Of a stretch of DNA of 64,000 bases, positions 12,701 to 25,050 are shown one piece after another. The first letter of the stretch is position 1. Each line of letters starts with the position of its first letter. This DNA is from Haplodiscus bocki (Eukaryota), in assembly GCA_965655095.1 (NCBI GenBank), contig OZ296650.1:35340001-35404000 (forward strand), given 5' to 3'. Below the pieces are notes generated by a model that was given only the letters and a program-made list of their open reading frames with translations, did no database searches and was not told the origin of the DNA. Position numbers and translations under genes: made by a program.

Positions 12701-15700
12701 GATTTTCTCTCCTGAAAAATTATGACCGAATATAATTAGCATCGTGTACATTCGGTGCAGCGGCGCTGTGCAAACACTCGAATACAGTTCCTGAGGAAAA
12801 AAACAGAAGAAAACATAGGCACACTAGTGCGGAAAAGACTCGCTCTTGACTCACTAGCCGACAACTTGACAACAATCAAGCTACAAAACGCTGTTGAATT
12901 ATGATTTCAGAGTAGAAATACATGCGTGTTTAACTTGGTTCATGTATTTGTAGATAAAAAGCTAATTTCGAAGGCGAAAGCGGAGAAAATCAATAACTCA
13001 GAAAAATTACCTGATTTCGAGCTAAATTCAAAGCACCTGTAGTAGATGGTTGCAAGAAATAATTAGAATTTTCGAAGTATATCACTTCGGAACAATTTAT
13101 GCTGGATGCGCACAACTTGAGGTTGATACTGAAGGCAAAAGTAACAAAAGGCAGGCAATGGAGCAAAAATACATCTTTCAAACGCGCTGAAAACAAGCAC
13201 TCAAAAAAAATCTCGAGCAAAATGTCGTGATTGAATATTGGTAAAAATTGTAAAGGTTTTAGAGCACTTTTATTCGGAAAAATAGGAACCAGTGAGAAAA
13301 CCGAAGAACTAAAAACAAGACACCCGGCTAATTCGGCGATAATTTATGGCTTCCGAATCCAGAAAAAACGCTAAAAATCAGTTAAACGAGCCATAAAATG
13401 TGCAAAATTGCATCAAAAGTCAAATTTTTTGATTTAATTTTTTTTTCGAAAAATCCAAGTTTTGACGAGAAAAAGCATTTTTTGAGAACGACTACCATGA
13501 GACGAATTTTACAGCACCTTTGGGAAAAGATTACGAAAGGAATTTTTGCAGCGTGGATTTTTGCTTCATCGACCAATTAGCAAACTTCATGTTAAAGAAA
13601 CCTGAATGTCAATCTAATGATTTACCCTCCAAATTATAAAACATGAGCGGGACACAAATATTAATAAATAAAAGCGCAGTGAGCGTTGGGCTTGGGCTTC
13701 AAGTACATACGACCAAACAATTGAAAGCGTTCCAAACGCTTCTCGGAAAAGGCTCACTCCTCAAGCCGTTGAACTCTATCTGAAGCTTGAGCAAAGAAAG
13801 TTGTCATCTTTTTTACTGCCAATCTTTCCTAAACAGAAAACTCAGTGGATGAATAGGGGCCAAACGCAACTTGGTACGATTTGAATCAAGCCCCAAAAAG
13901 GAGCAGAGCTTACTTCAGACGAGACGCAACTTGAAAAAAAATCAGTTTTAGGTAAACAGAGTAAAACCTATTCATTTTTCAAACCACATTTTCGGTTGAC
14001 TCTTTTTCGCTCTCTATGATGCTCTACGTTGAATAACAGGTCTTTATCAACGTGTTTCTTCAAGCTTCTTGAGATTCCCCCTTCCCCCGTCGCACACGCA
14101 AGTACCATTGCAAGAGGAGCAGGTGCCTTCGATAGAAGTTTCGACAACTTCCGGCAGAAATTAATGTTCTTCGGGAACAGATAAGTTTGATCAACTGTGA
14201 AACAATTTTTTGAACCAAACATTCAATTGTCCGTAATTTTTTGCCCCACATGATGCTCTATGTAAACGAGTCGATCTTTCTTAACTTCCTTCCTCTTTTG
14301 CTGGGACTCTCGGGTCGTCCAGGCGAGCACTATCGGCAAGAGGAACAACTGCTTTCGGAAAAACAAAATTTCGACAATTTTCGGGAAATAAATGTTTTTC
14401 GGAAACTTTCACCTTCTCGGGAAAATAGTAGATATAAAGCTTCGATTCTGAAAACACAATTCCTTGATAAATATCTGCCAAGTTGACCAAAGCTAGGAGT
14501 TCCGCGGGCTACGAAGACAAGTTTTGTGTAAAACCTCAACTTTGTGATTACAACTCAAACTTCGGGTAAATTTCAGATGGTCTTAAATTTTTCGCACCTT
14601 CCCATATTCCCTCAGAAAAAGCAAGAAATAATCACACCTCATTCACTCGTTGTAGAGGGCTCTTAGGAAGTGCTCGCAGGTACTACAGTTAAGAATTTAC
14701 CAATTTATTAGTTGAAGTTTCCAATTTTTGACAGTTGTTTCGCCGCCGGAAACAAACAAGCAAGCCAGAAAAATCCCGGAAAATTTGTGAGCAAAGATGT
14801 AGCCCAGGGGTTTTTTTATTTGAATCGCCAAAAAGGAACCCTCTAGACACGAGGTGCGCTGATATATAGGCGCTTTGCTGAAACCTTGTGTCGATGCCAC
14901 AAAAAATGCACAAAAACAAATTGCAACAAAGCCACCACAAGTGCTGCATTTGGGCTTTGAGTGACTGCGCCCATCAAATCAGGAAAGCTCGCAAAGCCTG
15001 GTTGTCCATTCGCTGAGCTCTGGCTGAGAGAACTCATGCAAGAAGTTCGCCACCTCGGAAAAACATTCTAGAGCTATTTTGTCCTGAAGAGCCAAGGCAA
15101 AGGATGAATTACCGCAGAACGCAACTTGATACCATTTGAATCAAGATCCGGTATGGAGTGGAAGTAAATTTTGAAAAGTTGGTGATACTTGAACATCATC
15201 GACTTCAGCTAAATTAAAAAATTCCCAGGAGAAACCCATTTCTTACCAAACTTCCAAGTCCGACTTCTTTTTGCAGCTTCCAATAAACATTCCGGCGCAG
15301 TAGAAAACTATTAGGTCTCCCTTATGAAATTTTTAGGGCTTCGAGTAATTGCTCGGAGGTATTAGTTCTAAAATTACCAATTTAGTTGTAAAATCCAATT
15401 TTCACATTTTGTTGGCGGAAAAAATTCAGGAAACGTTTTCACACTAAATTGTAGCCCAGAGGCTTTTTCAAGTGGAATCAGCATAAAGTAACTGCTAGGT
15501 ACAATGGGTGCTGAGATAAAGGCGCAATGCTGAAATTTTCTGCCGATGTCACAAAAGCCGCAAAAAATATTGGACACAGGCGCAACGAGCACTGCACTTC
15601 GGCTTTGAGGAAGTGCACCACAAAAACGAAGAAAATTCCAAACGCCTCTCATGAAAGGCTCGCTCCTACAGTCTTTGAACTGCAGTTGGAGGAAGTTATG

Positions 15701-18700
15701 CGGAGACAGTTGCAACTTGGGAATGCCATTTCATTCTTTCCTCAACAGCAGACCCAATGTAAGGATTATCGCAAAACGCAACTTGATACCATTCGAGTCA
15801 GGGCCTATTAAGGAGCGGGAGTAATTTTGAACGAAATGATGACACTTGAAAATCATGGACTTCAGCTAGTTGGAGATATATCTCAGAAAAAACCTTTCCT
15901 ACCAAACTTTCAATTATCGGGAAAAAATTCGCCACTTCCAATAAACCTTCTGAAGCAAAAAGAAATCATTAGATCTGGTTTAGAGAAATCACAGGGCTCC
16001 GAGGCACAGCTCGGAGGTGGTATTGTTGCAAAATGACCATTTTAGGTTTAAAAAATCGTCTCTCGCGTTGGTTCAGCGGAGAAAACCTTGAAGATGAAAA
16101 ACATTCAGCAACTTTCCCGGCAAAATGAAGCCTTGGGAGGTCCCCAGGTGAATCGGTGAAAATTATCCCGCAGTTACTACGGGCGTTTTTCAAAGAAATT
16201 TGTCGATTTCACAAAATCAGCGGAAAGATTTAGTCGAAAAACAGTTGAGCTTAGTGATTTCCACTAGGCCCGTTAAGAGCAGAAAAAACACCGAAAAGGA
16301 AAGCTGTACGTACCAAAAGCCTTCGTGCAAATGTGGGTGATTCGCTGCTAAGATCTGTAGCCCCATAATCGAAAGAGCACTTGGAGAAAATTTATCCTGG
16401 CATTCATTACAATCACTTGTTAACGGAAAAAATCAATTTCCCAAAAAACAAACTGTCTAGCGAGAATTGTATTTTGGTTTCACGTTAGAATGGCACAGTG
16501 ACCTACAAAAAACAACTGGACAAAGCGAAAAATTTGAAATTTACAGGAAGGAAGAGAAGTTTTTGACACCTTTTGCCAAACTTTCGCAAAAAATACACTT
16601 ACACCGCTCCCCAGGAAATTGATCCAAGCTCCACGATTTTTTCGCGACAATTTTTTACAAGAGAATTAACTGTGCACTTCGTAAAGCTTTAAAAACTTTT
16701 TGAGTTGCACAAAAACTCTACAAAGCGAGACCGGAAAACAACTTTGACAACGTTCATGAGAAAAACATGAAACCCTCCACTGACCGGCGATATTTCCTAC
16801 CGGTCTCACGAGGATTAACGAGCCCCTAAGAGAAAGCCAATAAAGCCATTCTCGAGTTTCCACACCGGTAAAAAGCAGAATTTTTGGTAAAACTTCATAC
16901 TAAAACACCGCCTAATTACCAAAGCGAAGACTCAACTACCGCTCCAAAAGCTCTACTTGACCACTGACAATTATTCGACGAAAGATTCGAACTAACCAAG
17001 GTACTTGGACGCCTTGCAAATGGTAAAATTGCCGGAAAAGATAATTTTTTCATTTTCTGGTGCAAAAATTTCCGCTAAAACTCCAGCCAAGAACTTTCAA
17101 ACTATTAGCACATCAATAAGGGTTGATTTGGCATCGATTCCACTATCATAGGAACCCAACGTAAGCAATTGTACTGATGCTTGAGAAATTCGATGACTAT
17201 TCAAAACTCCTCGGCGTTCTCAGTTCATTTTCGCTATAACTCGGCGAAAAATTTCAGGATGCCGAGAGTTTGGGACATGATCAATGGCGACCATGCCATT
17301 AGAGTTTTCAAGATTAAAACGTTACGACCAATACGTTTGAAGATTTACCGCCTCACAGTCAAGAAAAAGAGGAAATTTCATTGGAAGTCATCAAATTGTA
17401 AATTGGTAAAATGCGTCCAATTAAAACTTGAAGGCGGAAAAAAATAATTGACGAATCAGCCATGATCTGATACGGAGTCTTATTGTATCTCGTTGCCTTT
17501 GAGTAGTAGCTAAAAACTAACTGATAGGTCCGCCAAAAACAAGACAAAAGGCAAAACTACCCGTTTTTGGCGTACGTTAAAGCTCCAAAAGCACTATCAC
17601 AACAACAAGTGAACAAGAAAAACGCTTCGATACTCAACAAATTGTCTTCAAAAACGCTGATTGCATTGTTGCTAAAACAAAAGGTGGACAATCATAAAAC
17701 GCCGAAAAATGCTACTTTATTACGCTCAGAACACAAAAAAGCAGATTTTGGCAACAAAATGCATGAGGTACAAAAAAATTTACCTTTATATTGTTTCAAT
17801 TGAATTTAGAGCGAAAAATCCGCTTGGTTAGCAAAAGAGAAAATTCGATTTGAAAACCAAAGTTTAGCAATATTTGATTAAATTCAGACTAGCAAAAACT
17901 AATTTCTGTATTCATTCAGACTAGTTAGGTACTTTTCATTTTCAGAAGTTCGGGTGAGAATTGCGTGGAATTTGCTAATTCCGTGAAATTTAAGACAACT
18001 GCCTACGGTAGGATAAAAGTACAATCGTATCTGTGCAGATTTCGTTTGCTTTCACGACCGTAACAGAGTTGAAACTGTGCTTCGCGAACACTTGGGGCAC
18101 AGGACCGACTTCTCGCTGACACACATCAAAGTGACTTCGGCGTAATGGAAACGCCAAAACTAAGGAAAGCCAGCAAAGTTTTAGAATAGAGTGATGCAAA
18201 TGAAGAGAAAACACTCGGCTACGGAATAAAACTCAAATTTTGATTGATCGACGCGCAATAACAAACATCTAATCATGAGTAACGGAAAGAAATTGATGAA
18301 CAACGCAGCAGAGTCCAAAAAAATCCTCCAGACGCAAAGTAATTCATAAAACAAGAACAGACAAGCTCTGGCACTATGAATGATCTTCAACTAACGGAAA
18401 TTGAACAAAGACAGTGTAGTAACAAAGTGAAAACACCTGAAAATTGTCTTTTACAAGCTAATGATGCTTGGCCGAAGTGTGATTAACACGAAACCAGCTC
18501 CCTTAAAGATCCTCCTGGCAAAGATAGTCAATTTCGCCACAAAAGAACGACATCCAGCCAAAAGTCTTCGAGAGAAATGCTTTCCACAAACGACACAAAA
18601 ACACATTCGGCTTTTCCGGTACCAGTTGAAATATTTCGCGTGAAAATTGAAGAAAATACAATCCTGGCAGCTCATCAGAAAGTACAGAAAGAGAAAGAGA

Positions 18701-21700
18701 AAGCGAATCAGCACTGGATTGACCAAATCGGAATATGGGTCATCAAAAATTTCGACCAGCAACACAACAACAACATCGATTTTTCAAACAAAAGGTACGA
18801 TAATTCTAACCAAAAGTTGTAACTAAAAAACCCCGGCTGTACCTTACAATCAGAAGGTACAGGCAACGAACAGTTGAATCAGCAATGGATTCACCCAATC
18901 AGTACAAAAGTAATCACCAAAACTCGTTTCCACGAACGGCACGAAAAACCTATACGATTTTTCAAAAAAGTGATTTGCAAAAGAAGCTCAAAAAAACACA
19001 GTCCCAGCTGCAACCCAGAACCTCCCGGCTGCAAAAATTTGAACCAGCACTGGATTGACCATATCAGCACATTAGTCATAACCAAAAACACTCAACGAAC
19101 TACACAAAAATGTCTTCGACTTTTTAAACGCAAGGTACGAGAGTTGGCCACACAAGTTGAACACCGACAATTCCGGTCACTCGAACGAGGGTACAGTCAG
19201 CAAATAGTTGCATCAACAGTGGAAGAACTGAGTTCAAACATGCACTACAACGACCAGAACATTCGATTTCCCAGCCACAAGTTACGATACTCCGTAACAA
19301 CTGTTGAAAACAGATCATTACACCTTGTCACAAGCTGCCCGCAGCTACCGGTTGAATGAGCACTGGATTCACCCAAGGAGTACATTGGTCATCACGAAAA
19401 CCATTTAACAAAAGACACAAAAAAGCGTCTTCGATTTTCCAAACACAAGTTTCGATATTCGGCGACAAGAGTTTCGAAATTGAAAAATCGAGCTGCTAAT
19501 CAGTAGCTACATCTAGATACAAATTGAATGAGCTTTAGATGGGCCCATTCCCAGAATGAGCCATCAAAGAGGCTTCTAACGGACGAAACAAAAAACACAA
19601 CACGGTATTTCGCGACAGAAAACAGGATAGACCGTCCCGGTTTTTTGGACGAACCTTCCAGCAGCGACTAGTTCAATCAGCACTTGATAAAATCAACTCG
19701 AATATGAGTCATTAGAACAAACTAATGGACGAAACAACAAAGCATATAGTTTTCAACAAGTTACGGTATTTCGCAACAAAAGTTGAAAATAGACAATCCT
19801 ATTTCCAATAGCTACTTGCAAAAAAACTCCTCGCATCGAATACTTGAACTAGCACTGCATACGCCCATCCAGAACAAATATAATGACGAAAAACGTATCA
19901 AGCAAACGAGACAAGAAAAAACCTCTTCCGTTTTGCAAACAAAAGTTGCCGTATTTCGCGACAAAAGTTGACAATAGACAATCTAGGTCACCCATCAGTA
20001 GCTACAGCTAGCAAGCAGTTAGATCGGCACTGAAGATTGGACTCAATCTGAACATTAGTCATCAAGAAAACCACTTTCAACGAACGACACAAGCTCTTCG
20101 GTCTTTCAAACATGTGTTATTAGTTTTCCCGAAAAGAGTTGAAAACAGACATTTCCGCCAACTGGTAATAGCTTCAGCTAGCTAGGTACTGAATCAGCAT
20201 CCGATACTATACTCCATCCGAGCATTAGTCATCAAGAAAAACACTTTCGAGACTGAAAAAACCACCTCAAAGACAAATTACGATATTTCGCTACAAAATT
20301 TGACAACAGATCACCCCCCCCCCCCGGCTTCAGTCAAAGACTTCCGGCAGCCAGTGGTTGAATCAGCACTGGATGGTAGAGTCATTCCCGACATTAAACA
20401 TCGAAAAAAAGGATCAACGAGCGATGCAAGTATTGCAAGTCATATTTGATTTTTCGATTTCAAGTTACTACCCACCACTCCACCGTACCTTCCAGCAACC
20501 GGAAACTATTTACTGAGAGATGGACGCAATTTTTCACTACTAGCTTTCAAGAAAATCAGTTCAGACAAAACACAACTAAAAAATCAGCTTTCATATGATT
20601 AATAAGGTACTCTCCAGAACAAATTTCGAAACACCGCTATACTTCACATCATTCAAAAACAATTTACTATTAGCACATGAACAAACTTCAATGCAAGCAG
20701 GAACGCATACGACGCTAGCGAAAATGAATATTTTCGCCTCGCTCGCACCTTTGATTGAAACGAAGAATCGAACCATTTTCATCTGAACTTATTTATAATT
20801 TGGAAGATTAGAAAAAGCTAAGGGATAACAAGCCAAGAAATGCATTCCGTATGGCTCAAAATAGTCAGCTCAAAATGTTTGAAAAAAGTATTTTAGTATA
20901 TAGTTTGGTATAAATTTCAGGAAACATGGCTTATGCTAAGATTAGAACTCGCTAGCAATGAACTCGTTAGATTTTATGGGGGGATGATTGTCAGAAAAAA
21001 CTTAGGACTGAAGGTTTTCGGTACAGTTTCGGGTAAAAAAAGGTACAAACTTTTGGGATAGAATGTGAGAAAACATTACTTATACTGGGATTCAAACGCG
21101 CTACCTATTGATTTTATAAGAGGGTATCACGAATTTCATTTCGATAATAGCTACAATTTTGAATAATTTCCGGTATACAATTTCAAAAATATAGCCCATA
21201 CTGGGGTTCGAAATGGTGACCTGTAGGTTCGGAGCCGTTTTGTCTAATCCACTGAGTCACATAGAGTGTAAAAAATTCCAGTGTATGCAAAGCGCATATC
21301 ACGAACTTTTGGAGAATTTGGAAGCAAAAATTCGTATGATCAAGTCAGTCAATTTGACCAAATGCTTAAATTAGATCAGTTCGATGTGAGGAGTTGCTAT
21401 CTTACGAAAAGGTACTACAATAGTCGGTATCTGTATTAAAAGTGAAGCTCCTCCTAAAAATTGACTTCAGAGCACATCATTTGAATCAATTATCCACTAG
21501 AAAGTTGATTCCATTGTTTGTCGCACTTGAAAGTGAACGGAGACTTACGTTGACTTGTTGCTTAGACTTAGAATAAAATTCCCGCTATAGAAGTCCACTC
21601 TTTTATAGCAGTAACCCTTGTCATGATTCGACCTGTGAATTACTGACCACAGGTGCGAAGAAAAAAGGTACAGGCAATAGGCTTAATGCCTAAAAATTTC

Positions 21701-24700
21701 TCAATTTCAAAAACCTCGAAACGATTACTTCCTCGCTTGTAAAAACATCGGATTCATAAAAATGCACGGGGTTAGGCACTGAGAAATTACCATAGAGATA
21801 AAACGGAGTAAGCCAATTGCACGTAAACTGCTTATAATTACGAGACAGTAGACAAAATCATGTAAATGAAATTGACAAAATATAAACACAGAAGCGAAGC
21901 GAAAATTTGCAACACATTCTCACTTTTCAGTCGAGATCGAAGAAAAATTTTACATATCAAAGGTTTTGGGAGACATTTGAGGCTTGATCGGATACATGAT
22001 TGACAGGTTTAGAAACACTGCACCATATGTCTATCAGATTGTTGGAAAAAGTCTAATTGAGAAAAATCCTTGTCACGGTGTGTAACTCGAAAAGTTGATC
22101 GGTCAATCAAGTCTTTTTAGATTCGCTATTTTGCAAACCAATGTTTAAAAGACTTACACAGTAAACAACGCCAAAAAATGAACAATTCTATGTGTCTTAA
22201 AAAGACGTTACATTTTAAAAATTTCGAGCTCTCGAAATGCCCAATATTTGTCAACAAGTCACAACAACTTCAATATTTTTTAAATCTCCGATGTCGTGTT
22301 TACTAACATTAACCATTTTCAGAGCTCCAAAATTTTACATTTAACGTTATTTTTGGGGACACCTAATACATTGCCTACAGTGTCTCATCCAAAATATTGT
22401 AAGTGAAACATTACCTCTTAGAACACTGCTGTTCATTTTTCACGCCAATGTTCAAAAATTGTGCACTTTTCAGAACGCGAAAAAAAACAACCACCTGCTA
22501 CGATGTTTTAAAAAAGGGCCCCTTTTGACTGCTGACACTTGACGACTAGACTCTCGGGACGTCACAAAAAGCAGGTTTTGGATACGATAATAAAACTATG
22601 TATAAGCCGGTTTCCAATACACATGTCTAATAGCTACTTGAAATTGAATGGAATCAGTTAGCATTCATCGAAAGTAAACGGAAGTAAATAGACGTTCACT
22701 TGATAAGCAAAACCAGTCAGACTCACATCCGGGCGTTCCCAAAAACGAGCATAGCCAGACTATTCAACTCTCTTCGAAATTTGTGCGTTTCGTTTTGGTA
22801 GCTTCTTCACTGCACTGTAAAATCGGCGCAGATAAATTTACATAAAAAGCAGGCAAATTTATCTGCGTCCCGCATTTATATCGGCCCACATGCCGTTTAG
22901 CGGTACATGCAATAACACGTAAATTCAACTGATAATCCGCGGCAAGGACGTGAGATCTACATGTAATTTCACATACGGTAAAGTTTCATGTAAATCGTCT
23001 CGCGAGTCGCAGAAAAATTTACAGAAAGCTGCGGGTGAAATTATCCTTGGAAATCGAGTAAAATTTCGCGCTAATAGAGTCATTTCTTTTCCGAAAGATA
23101 GTTTCAAAAAATATATTGATGAGACGTGATAAGTACACAATTAGTCAACTTTGTCGTGACAACCTTGAAGGTGTCATGTTCAACCTAACCCCATAGGAAG
23201 GTAAAAATTGATCTACTTCTCTAGCAAAAACCCATGAGAAGAAACATGAGTTTACAAAATGGGGAAACATCTAGACGACCCAATAATCTCACATTTTCAA
23301 GTCGACATTTATGAGAATATCAATTTTCTATCCACTTTAGAAGTCAATATCCACAGTCAATATACAGTCAATCTCAAGAAACTTCCCTTTCCGGAGTGGA
23401 ATGAGAAAAAATGTGGATGAGAGAGTGAGAGTTTTCGGTTACAAGCACGGTCTTCCAACATCCTGGACTACGTTATCGTGATTGATACCCTCAGAGACGC
23501 TATGACCAATATCCTGCTAGATAGCAGATAAATTTTCGCGAATTACCAGCGGAAACCGCAAGTAAACAATACATGCGGAAAAAGCTACTGCATCCTCAAG
23601 TAAATTTACCTGCGGAGCCATTTACCTCAGGCCGTCGCAGGACATTTTGCCTGTGCCATTTTTACACTGTTTAACTAGTTTGTGAGCAAAAAGTGAAGCA
23701 ATAGGCCATGAGCAATCGCATAATGTTCCAAAAAACTTCAGAAATTTGCTTCAACTATTATGGCACTTGTCCCATTCCGTCCAAAAACATTCATTTCCGT
23801 TTAAGGTGACACTACGTTGAACATTTTGAAACGTACAATGTATAGCATAATTGATATCAATCTAAACAATGATACACACCTTCTTTGAAAGCGACTCGGC
23901 AGAAGCGAATAAAGGTGCTGCATACGTTCAGCATGTCCATCGACTTGTTGCAGATATCACTACAAGCTCCCAAAATCTTGTGCAGGTTCTCATTCAAATC
24001 ACGGCTGCTGGACGATTCGAACAGATTCACGTTACTGTACCTGATCATGCCTTCGTTGCCACAAATATCTACACAGAAATTACCCCATCAAAACATTCTA
24101 GGACCCCATAACATGAGTAGCAGCCAATTCTCTATTGTTGCTATACATCTTCGTGAAACAAAAGGATGAAATGAAATAACCATGTACCACCATTTAGCTA
24201 TTAGCTGTCTACTAGTGAAGATAAATAACCACATATAATCAAAATATGAGAAGATCTAGAAATTGTACAGAACGGTCACCTCGTCAAATTAATCAGATTT
24301 ACTCAGTCACTTATTGGACAACACCAGATAGGTTGCCTGTACGACCTAAAGTACAGTACTACGTGAAGAAGCCTGCTGGAGGTGCATAATATTCTCCGTG
24401 TTAGAAGACGTTGTATTGCAACATTTAATATGAAACCTGAAAGCTCACAAACACATACTTCCTTCTAAAGCCCCAAAATTTATAACTTTTGATACACTTT
24501 TTAAAACCTACTATCCCTAAATCTCAGCGCCCAAACAATTCCCCCATGCTCAAATTTTCCCGGATAAAAACAGTGCTAAAATATTTCATAATTTCCACAA
24601 ATTTGAACATACATCGTTAACTAGGTCTTGCTTCAGCTCTCAAGTTGTCGGATACTTTTCTCCGCCACAGCAATTAGAAAAAACTAAACAGGATTTCTCA

Positions 24701-25050
24701 GCTCTGAATTAATAATAAGTCCAACCTGAAATGGGAAGCTTTGCATTCCAGATGGGAAGATTAATGTGGTTATTATCTTCTGAAAAACCGGCACCAGAAC
24801 AGACTAAAGCAGCAGCTAATGAAGTAGCGTGGCACAGAGTACGCTTGAGAATCACATTCGCATCTTCGTAAGATACCTCGCACTTCTCCGACAAAAACTT
24901 GTCGGCATATGCAATCAACTCTTTGTTTTTACAGCTTTTCATGTCTTGCACACTTTCCGTCCAGAACTTGTACACCGTCTCCTCTTGCGTGTAACAAAAT
25001 GTCAGCAAGTTGAGGAAAAAGGTTAGCAGATGTGTTGTCCTAAAATCCAT
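512..25050 (-). CDS. TGN38/46 (TGOLN2)/KCT2-like type I single-pass membrane protein, ~434 aa, 5 coding exons: 24726-25050, 23880-24068, 7178-7678, 1789-1886, 512-703
   Basis: All junctions are GT..AG and phase-compatible (1,1,1,0); total 1305 nt. The product has a signal peptide (MDFRTTHLLTFFLNLLTFCYT), a Cys-rich lumenal domain, a Ser/Thr/Ala/Lys-rich stalk, a TM helix and a tail: SSFSEYVPWFLLIGLVIVILYALTLKKNR|VIACIVEGKRPKR. This resembles the TGN46 signature (..[23 protein letters not shown]). Linkage of exons 1-2 to exon 3 across 16 kb is inferred from phase. Confidence 0.75.
1300..1495 (+). repeat. Dispersed repeat end with 13-bp hairpin (Helitron/Helentron-like); second copy at ~22150-22640
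   Basis: ACTAGACTCTC..GACGTCA..GTTTTGGA..CCGGTTTC.AATACACAT is shared with 22545-22625; hairpin ACACATTCTGGCT-tcc-AGCCAGAATGTGT at 1459-1487. Confidence 0.5.
1789..1886 (-). CDS. TGN46/KCT2-like gene exon 4 (transmembrane helix)
   Basis: Acceptor ttttaacag|AC, donor CGA|gtaaga; reads DGKRSSFSEYVPWFLLIGLVIVILYALTLKKNR. Confidence 0.8.
3963..4489 (+). pseudogene. Disrupted accessory ORF directly upstream of gag
   Basis: MSTPPTEPESPPR.. then, after a stop/frameshift, ORF 4196-4489; same C-rich composition as the gag element; ends just before gag. Confidence 0.4.
4537..5490 (+). mobile_element. gag: Ty3/Gypsy-type LTR retrotransposon gag remnant (one in-frame stop, truncated before protease)
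   Basis: Capsid-like motifs FTGLTDVEDFLTQFE, LTGDALTFY, LRQLPGQDV, FTEGL. Reading through the TAA at 5322 gives zinc knuckle CQRCHRKNHETKDC and a degenerate second knuckle CFKSGRVGH; the sequence breaks off at ~5490. Confidence 0.85.
5736..6538. mobile_element. Tc1/mariner-like MITE, 803 bp, ~380-bp terminal inverted repeats, TA target duplication
   Basis: TA|CAGTAGTG...CACCACTG|TA; arms ~5736-6116 and ~6157-6538 are near-perfect reverse complements, which explains the mirror ORFs 5957-6148 and 6124-6318. Confidence 0.9.
7178..7678 (-). CDS. TGN46/KCT2-like gene exon 3 (low-complexity stalk)
   Basis: Acceptor ttttcaag|AA, donor GCAG|gtaaag; open 501 nt within ORF 7113-7724. Confidence 0.75.
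9480..12200 (+). repeat. Decayed tandem repeat family, ~170-bp period (motif AGGCTGTCGA..CCTGATGAAAGA)
   Basis: Motif near 9487, 10366, 10544, 10715 and 12130; inverted copies at ~26620, 26787, 26961. Confidence 0.55.
13850..16030 (+). repeat. Decayed tandem duplication, ~660-bp unit
   Basis: AACGCAACTTGATACCATTTGAATCAAG-like motif at ~13863, 15118, 15775; TTACCAATTTA at 14697 and 15374. Confidence 0.6.
18690..20560 (+). repeat. Decayed satellite-like array, ~165-bp period (TGAATCAGCACTGGAT..CCAATC..TAGTCATC)
   Basis: Motif recurs near 18705, 18876, 19040, 19353, 19524, 19672, 19845, 20020, 20190, 20360. Confidence 0.75.
21194..21267 (-). repeat. tRNA-derived (SINE-like) pseudo-tRNA sequence
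   Basis: Minus strand has A-box-like TGACTCAGTGG and B-box-like TTCGAACCC at tRNA spacing; stems are degenerate; a partial sister copy lies at ~21085. Confidence 0.45.
22813..23669. mobile_element. Non-autonomous DNA transposon with CACTGTAAAA-type ends (EnSpm/CMC-like)
   Basis: Left end CACTGTAAAATCGGCGCAGATAAAT; right end on the minus strand CAGTGTAAAAATGGCACAGGCAAAAT; repeated subterminal AAATTTAC/GCAG motifs; no clear TSD. Confidence 0.5.
23880..24068 (-). CDS. TGN46/KCT2-like gene exon 2 (Cys-rich)
   Basis: Acceptor tgtgtag|AT, donor GAAG|gtgtgt; reads DICGNEGM...CSDICNKSMDMLNVCSTFIRFCRVAFKE. Confidence 0.65.
24726..25050 (-). CDS. TGN46/KCT2-like gene coding exon 1 (signal peptide + Cys-rich region)
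   Basis: ATG at 25050; hydrophobic leader; donor TCAG|gttgga. Confidence 0.7.

Noticed and set aside
21194-21267. Functional tRNA gene
   Set aside because: Stems and B-box are degenerate and it is embedded in a dispersed repeat
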